DNA of 64,000 bases from Candidatus Poribacteria bacterium (GTDB taxonomy: Bacteria; Poribacteria; WGA-4E; PCPOR2b). Below are positions 59,799-64,000 of the stretch, piece by piece; the stretch's first letter is position 1; every line of letters starts with the position of its first letter. The notes beneath the pieces were generated by a model. The model made no database searches and was not told the DNA's origin. It saw nothing but the letters and a program-made list of their open reading frames with translations. A program made the position numbers and the translations under genes. The stretch is from positions 1,312,001 through 1,376,000 of the forward strand of contig OZ244042.1 in assembly GCA_965215015.1 (NCBI GenBank), written 5' to 3'.

Positions 59799-62700
59799 TT
59801 GAATTTCATCGTCAAACAAATTTTCCGCCCCCCTTCCCTCTTTATCCTCGCACTCATCCTTTCTACGTTACATCCCTCCGCTGCCCACACAGAACCTGTT
59901 CTCAAAAACGCCCCATTGACGGAATACTACATGAAACGCCGAGCACTAGTGCTCAATAGGGAAGAAACCGAGTCAGCAGCCGAATTTGCTAAACTATCGA
60001 AGACGCAGGATTTTTGGATGCCTCCAGCAGATTCGGACACGGATCCGTGGAAAGCCCAGCTACCTCCGACCGACGAGGAAACAGAAGAACAGGACATCCG
60101 CTTAAAGATGTTGACACCGTACTACGAGTCGTTGCGCCGGTGGAGGAATCCGCCCTTCCTCCTTGATCTCAGCGAACTTGGCGACTGGCGCGAAGGACAG
60201 CAGAAAGAGACGGAGAAAGGCATTGCGCTCCCCCTCCAGTCTAACCTCCAGATTACGGGGCATAAATCGGTGACAGTCGAGCTGCACAAAACGCACTATT
60301 TTGGCGAAGGCGATATCAACCGTTATGGAGGCAGCTATGGAGGGGGTGGTTTTGGCTCTGGGCTCGATTTAGGACTGACCTCTTCCTACACCTACGATAG
60401 CTTTGGTAGCGGTTTCGGGGGGGGGTACGGTGGCGGATATGGTAGCGGTCTCGGGGGCGGATATGGTACGGGGTATGGGAGTGGATACGGCAGCGGTTTT
60501 GGAAGCGGTCGTTCCGGTGTGCCCCGTGATACTGGGATAAACATTCGGCAAACCCTCGAAGTAGGCTTGCACGGACGGGTTGGAGAGCACACCCACGTTG
60601 AGGTTAACTATAGCGACTCGGGCGGTGGCTATGGCGGTGGGTACGGGGGCTATAGCAGTGGTTATGGCGGCGGGTACGGCGGGGCGAAAGAGCAGAAAAT
60701 CCGCGTTTGGTATGAAGGAACGGAAACAAGTATCCTCAAAACCCTCTCTTTTGGGGACCTGACGCTCAATCTGCCCAATACCCGCTTCCTGAACATCAAC
60801 CGTAATCTGTTTGGGTTAGAGGCAGTTGCACAACTTGGTGGGGCAAAGTTGACAGCGTTTGGCTCCCGCAGCAAAGGTATCTCTGATATACGGCGTTTCG
60901 GTGGGCAATCGCGACGAGCGGCCGGTGGTCGAGGGTTCACGATTCCCGATGCGAATTATGTTAAAGAGCGTTTTTATCTTATTCAGCTCGGTGAAGATGA
61001 ACTCCTTCACGATTCCTACCGTCCAATTAAGCACGGCAGCGAGGAGATTTATATCGACGATAACGTCGCAAGCAACAATCAGGGCGGAGTACGGACGGGG
61101 CGTGGATACTTCAATCTCCAGCAAGCGGGGCAGGATTATAATATCAATTACGAAACCGGTGAGATTGAGTTCTTAACGCCCATTTCTGCTAGCTATGAAA
61201 TTGTCGTCGCTTATGAATATCTCGGCGAGGGCGGTGGTGTGATTGGGGATCCGGGGAATGTCTTTGAGGACGAGAACGACGACGGTACCATCGACGAAGA
61301 AGGAGAGGAAGTCGGCTATGTCACCATCAAAGGAAAAAGTCTGCGAGGGACGGAATCGCGGCGCGTATATAGTCTCGGCAACCGGAATATTAGCCCACGT
61401 GATTATCGGATCACCATTGTTCGTCAGGGAAGCGGCGAATCATTTGATACGGGCACCGAAGAAATACCGTATATCCGAATCTTCAGACTGGACCAAAATG
61501 GAGATGGTATCGTCGATCCGGAGTTTATCGATTTCGACCGCGGTCTTCTGACGTTTTCTGATTTGCGCCCTTTTGTTATCGAGGATCCCGAAAATCCTTA
61601 CTTCCAATTTCGTGAACAGTTGAGCAACGAAGCTATCTATCTCGAAAACCCAAGGACGACTGATGCGGCCTATACCATCATCGCAGATTACTCCTTCCAA
61701 TCGGAGACATATAACGTTGGATTGTTTGTGATTCCGGGGAGTGAGAAGGTGAGACTTAACAGGCAATTGCTGAAACGCGATGTTGATTATACGATCATCT
61801 ATGAGGTAGGAACCCTTCGCTTTTTCACTGAGCTTGATGAGTTCGACGAAATCGTGGTTGAATTTGAGAGAACCCCATTCGGTGGAGCATTGCAACAAAC
61901 GGTTGCCGGGCTCTGGCTCGAATATTCCTACGTTCCCAAACTAAAAACGAAGAAGAAAGAGAGGAAGTTGGATCGGTTTGAAAGGCTTACCGGCACGACC
62001 AATCGCCCGGAAAGGGACGATTGGTCTGAAACTGAAGACAGTCGCTTCGGACGAAGTTCCTCGGGTGGTTTTAGCGGTAGATTCGGGGGCAGTCGCTATG
62101 GAGGCGGTAGATCTGACGGTTTCGGCGGTGGTTTTGGCGGATACTCAAGTTTAGGTGGTCGATCCAGGCGGGGGCTGCGTACCGGGGGCAGCAGTTATTT
62201 CAATCCTACATTTCAAAAAGGATTTAGCGTTGCAACAGGCTACATCCTGAACACCGGACAAAAACCGTCTCGCATCCCTGACGTCAATGGTGCACCGAGT
62301 CGATTGCAGGCAGTTAACATCAACACTACCTTTGGAAGGGACTTCAATTTGGCACGGCTGTTGAATCCATTGCCGTTTGTTGCAATGCGTAACTTTCCGT
62401 TGTCGATAAGTTTCAGCGGGGAAACAGCGTTCTCCCATAACAACCCGAACAGCGTTGGATTTGCTTTGATTGATAGCATGGAAGCGGCGCGGGAGGCGTC
62501 AAATACTCCCACGTTCAAACACCATTGGCGCGTAAGCAGCGTACCCATCGCAGAAGGGGTGACCCTAGATAATCGCGCACTTTTTCGCGTGCTAGCCCGA
62601 GATCGCAACGAGTCCCAAGCTGTCGGCAATTATATGCGTAATCGTGAGGTGCCTGCATCGGTAATCAATCCGCTAGCAAATTCGACAGAAGAACGGCTCG

Positions 62701-64000
62701 TTATGGAGGTCGGTTATGATCTGACAGATATTATCGAGGAGTGGGGCGGTTTTTCGTACGGTCTGTCTGCCTCCGGAGAGGATTTCTCGGAACGCCAATT
62801 CCTTGAAATTTGGTTTCGGGTGCGCGGTGACTCGGACGTGACGTTACATATTGACCTAGGCGTCGTGAGCGAGGATAGCGACTTAGATAACCGGCTTGAC
62901 ACTGAGGATTTACCACCAGACCTAGACGATATCAATGGGGATGGAAAGATCGATGCGTTGGACCTCGATTTGGAAAACCTGCCCACTTCCCAAAAATTCC
63001 GTGCAAATGGTTCGCTGGACACAGGCGAGGATGTAGGTTGGGAGTATAGTGCCGGGTTTCAACCGACGAAAGTTGGTCCCGACAACACAGTTTTGGACAC
63101 CGAAGATCTCAACGGGGACGGTGTTCTAGACACTATCGACGCCTACCTCGAAATCAAAATTCCGCTTAACAATATTCCTGAAGAGTGGCTAAAACGCCAA
63201 CATCCAAACGGCTGGACATTTCTGAGTATCCCTCTCAACGCAGCAACAGCCGAAGGCAACCGCCTGCCGAATCTTGGGTTTATCCAACATATGCGTTTTT
63301 GGCTACGGAAGAACAGATCCGGAGCTGTCACAGGCAAATTTGAATGGGCGTCAATTGAGGTAGTCGGGGTTCAGTGGGAACGCGGTGTGGTAACGCGAAA
63401 CGATGCGATTACCAACGATGCAGCCGAGCGATTTACCGTTGCTACCAAAGACAACTTCAATTTTAATGACTATCAAGCTGCCTATGAACAGATTAAGGAT
63501 GAAGATAGTTTCAGCAAGTTACATCCCTTTACGGAAGCGACATACGGCTTCCAACAACGGCAGCAGCGCGAACAGACGCTGACGTTGAATTATGCGCTTC
63601 TGCCGGAATCCTTCGGCGTGACATCACGAGTACTGCGGGGGCTTCAACACGGCGAAGGGCAAGATTTTTCAAAACATGACACACTCAGACTATGGATTTA
63701 CGGGGACAGAGGCGAAACGACATTTGTATTACGTCTTGCCCCCAGTATCCGCACTGGATTTCGATCTACCTATCGTTCTGCAGGCCCCTTTGAGGATCCG
63801 CAGGACCAAGAAGAAGATATCAATGTTTTTGAAAATCTGAAAGACTTTTACGAATACACGCGCGTGATCGATTTTGACGGCTGGAAACTAATCGAGATCG
63901 AGTTGCGAGATCTGAAGCGAAATGAATATCCCGACACCGACATACCAACCGATCTGGACGGTGTTATACTACCGACAGGTCAGATTGGTCAACCGGAGCC
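59799..64000 (+). CDS. sprA: SprA/Sov-like large outer-membrane protein, truncated by the window end (absent from the ORF track)
   Basis: TTG start after GGAG and signal peptide; QTLEVGLHGRVG..KIRVWYEG...FGDLTLNLP...NLFGL, IPGSEKV....RDVDYTI.YEVG, DLGVVSED, DTEDLNGDG resemble SprA segments. Confidence 0.75.
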   Translation, partial: MNFIVKQIFRPPSLFILALILSTLHPSAAHTEPVLKNAPLTEYYMKRRALVLNREETESAAEFAKLSKTQDFWMPPADSDTDPWKAQLPPTDEETEEQDIRLKMLTPYYESLRRWRNPPFLLDLSELGDWREGQQKETEKGIALPLQSNLQITGHKSVTVELHKTHYFGEGDINRYGGSYGGGGFGSGLDLGLTSSYTYDSFGSGFGGGYGGGYGSGLGGGYGTGYGSGYGSGFGSGRSGVPRDTGINIRQTLEVGLHGRVGEHTHVEVNYSDSGGGYGGGYGGYSSGYGGGYGGAKEQKIRVWYEGTETSILKTLSFGDLTLNLPNTRFLNINRNLFGLEAVAQLGGAKLTAFGSRSKGISDIRRFGGQSRRAAGGRGFTIPDANYVKERFYLIQLGEDELLHDSYRPIKHGSEEIYIDDNVASNNQGGVRTGRGYFNLQQAGQDYNINYETGEIEFLTPISASYEIVVAYEYLGEGGGVIGDPGNVFEDENDDGTIDEEGEEVGYVTIKGKSLRGTESRRVYSLGNRNISPRDYRITIVRQGSGESFDTGTEEIPYIRIFRLDQNGDGIVDPEFIDFDRGLLTFSDLRPFVIEDPENPYFQFREQLSNEAIYLENPRTTDAAYTIIADYSFQSETYNVGLFVIPGSEKVRLNRQLLKRDVDYTIIYEVGTLRFFTELDEFDEIVVEFERTPFGGALQQTVAGLWLEYSYVPKLKTKKKERKLDRFERLTGTTNRPERDDWSETEDSRFGRSSSGGFSGRFGGSRYGGGRSDGFGGGFGGYSSLGGRSRRGLRTGGSSYFNPTFQKGFSVATGYILNTGQKPSRIPDVNGAPSRLQAVNINTTFGRDFNLARLLNPLPFVAMRNFPLSISFSGETAFSHNNPNSVGFALIDSMEAAREASNTPTFKHHWRVSSVPIAEGVTLDNRALFRVLARDRNESQAVGNYMRNREVPASVINPLANSTEERLVMEVGYDLTDIIEEWGGFSYGLSASGEDFSERQFLEIWFRVRGDSDVTLHIDLGVVSEDSDLDNRLDTEDLPPDLDDINGDGKIDALDLDLENLPTSQKFRANGSLDTGEDVGWEYSAGFQPTKVGPDNTVLDTEDLNGDGVLDTIDAYLEIKIPLNNIPEEWLKRQHPNGWTFLSIPLNAATAEGNRLPNLGFIQHMRFWLRKNRSGAVTGKFEWASIEVVGVQWERGVVTRNDAITNDAAERFTVATKDNFNFNDYQAAYEQIKDEDSFSKLHPFTEATYGFQQRQQREQTLTLNYALLPESFGVTSRVLRGLQHGEGQDFSKHDTLRLWIYGDRGETTFVLRLAPSIRTGFRSTYRSAGPFEDPQDQEEDINVFENLKDFYEYTRVIDFDGWKLIEIELRDLKRNEYPDTDIPTDLDGVILPTGQIGQPE

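Noticed and set aside
60102-63337. Short ORFs on both strands, including Pro/Tyr-rich ones
   Set aside because: Shadows of the long plus-strand SprA-like frame

Overview
Bacterial chromosomal window. The gene mix (PhyH dioxygenase, FGE-sulfatase, large polytopic DUF6785/6784-like protein, SprA-like protein) suggests an FCB/PVC-related lineage such as Ca. Poribacteria; this is inference only. It holds two defence loci: a complete type I Zorya operon (zorABCD, 302-7913, minus) and a type I-D CRISPR-Cas locus (WYL, cas3', cas10d with internal cas11d, cas7d, cas5d, cas6, an inserted RelE/HTH toxin-antitoxin pair, fused cas4-cas1, cas2, and a 48-repeat array). It also has a housekeeping block (der, six tRNAs, tig-clpP-clpX-lon, hup, hisB), a three-gene haem cluster (cytochrome P460-like lipoprotein, Cyc2-like cytochrome-porin with two CxxCH, membrane dihaem cytochrome c), several MITE/REP elements, decayed TA modules, and a SprA/Sov-like gene that runs off the right end. 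The best hidden signal is between the WYL gene and cas3': a self-contained degenerate mini-CRISPR (promoter, repeat, short spacer, repeat, terminator). Its spacer matches the -10 region of the cas promoter 13/15, with mismatches only at positions 6 and 12, next to a GTT type I-D PAM. This points to an RNA-guided cas autoregulator. A candidate antisense sRNA bracketed by the two halves of the repeat stem sits in the same leader. All calls are by-eye motif recognition; no searches were run.
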